Below, piece by piece: positions 46,567-46,925 of a stretch of 46,925 nt of DNA. A program made the position numbers and the translations under genes. The DNA lies in IMG/VR virus record IMGVR_UViG_3300033067_001736, positions 1-46,925 of that record; one strand, 5' to 3'. The notes under the pieces were generated by a model, which was given only the letters and a program-made list of their open reading frames with translations, did not search any database and had not been told where the DNA came from. This DNA is from a virus (lineage: Duplodnaviria > Caudoviricetes). Numbering within the stretch: the first letter of the stretch is position 1; each line of letters starts with the position of its first letter.

Positions 46567-46925
46567 ATGAAAACAAAAACTGTAAGATTGGATAAGGTAG
46601 TTAATAACTTTGTTGATCCTGATACAGGAGAGTTATTAGAGTTATCTTCTAATATTAAAAGACATACTATTGTAGTAGATGATAAAGAAACATTTGCTTT
46701 TCAGTATGCTTCTATTATTGGAGTATTTAAGGAATTGCATGGAAATGATATTAAGGTACTTACTTATTGTTCATTACATGCTGAAACTAATACCAATAGG
46801 ATTGCTCTTACAAGACCTATATGTGATGATATCACAAAGAAGTTGAATATACCTTATCAGTCAATAAGAAATTCTTTAGCTAAGTTGGTAGATAAAGATA
46901 TTTTAATATCTTTGGGTTCTGCTAC
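46567..46925 (+). CDS. RepL-like winged-helix protein, 3'-truncated (not in ORF track)
   Basis: MKTKTVRLDKVVNNFVDPDTGELL...DIKVLTYC...ITKKLNIPYQSIRNSLAKLVDKDIL; VDxxTGE plus HTH pattern; open to the window end. Confidence 0.65.
   Translation, partial: MKTKTVRLDKVVNNFVDPDTGELLELSSNIKRHTIVVDDKETFAFQYASIIGVFKELHGNDIKVLTYCSLHAETNTNRIALTRPICDDITKKLNIPYQSIRNSLAKLVDKDILISLGSA

Noticed and set aside
1-46925. Stop-codon reassignment (TAG or TGA), known in some crAss-like phages
   Set aside because: Long genes are intact in code 11, and TAG (12591, 32746) and TGA both end genes at sensible positions; no clear suppressor tRNA

Overview
AT-rich (about 27-30% GC by eye) fragment of a crAss-like (Crassvirales-type) phage genome with a probable Bacteroidota/Flavobacteria host, read in the standard genetic code. 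The + strand (1-12591) carries the 5'-truncated giant virion RNA polymerase polyprotein and a second very large virion protein, ending at a bidirectional terminator. The - strand (about 12650-45950) carries the early/middle block: PolB, SF2 and DnaB-like helicases, primase, SSB, an AAA_24 ATPase split by an ORF-less group I intron, ThyX, dNMP kinase, MazG, RadC-like JAB, nucleases and many small ORFs. Two features stand out. (1) A compact, apparently complete phage ubiquitin-like conjugation operon (Ubl precursor, E2-like, JAB, E1/ThiF). (2) A 38-44 kb region of structured non-coding RNAs that looks like mimicry of the translation apparatus. It includes a free-standing copy of the 23S rRNA GTPase-associated centre with a compensatory base-triple change, a loop-less uS10/NusE homologue, non-canonical tRNA-like elements and a duplicated covarying RNA scaffold. 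The right end has four copies of a 29-bp putative phage promoter, an origin/terminus-like region, and a host-type promoter ahead of a truncated RepL-like gene. All family calls come from motif recognition by eye; no database search was run.
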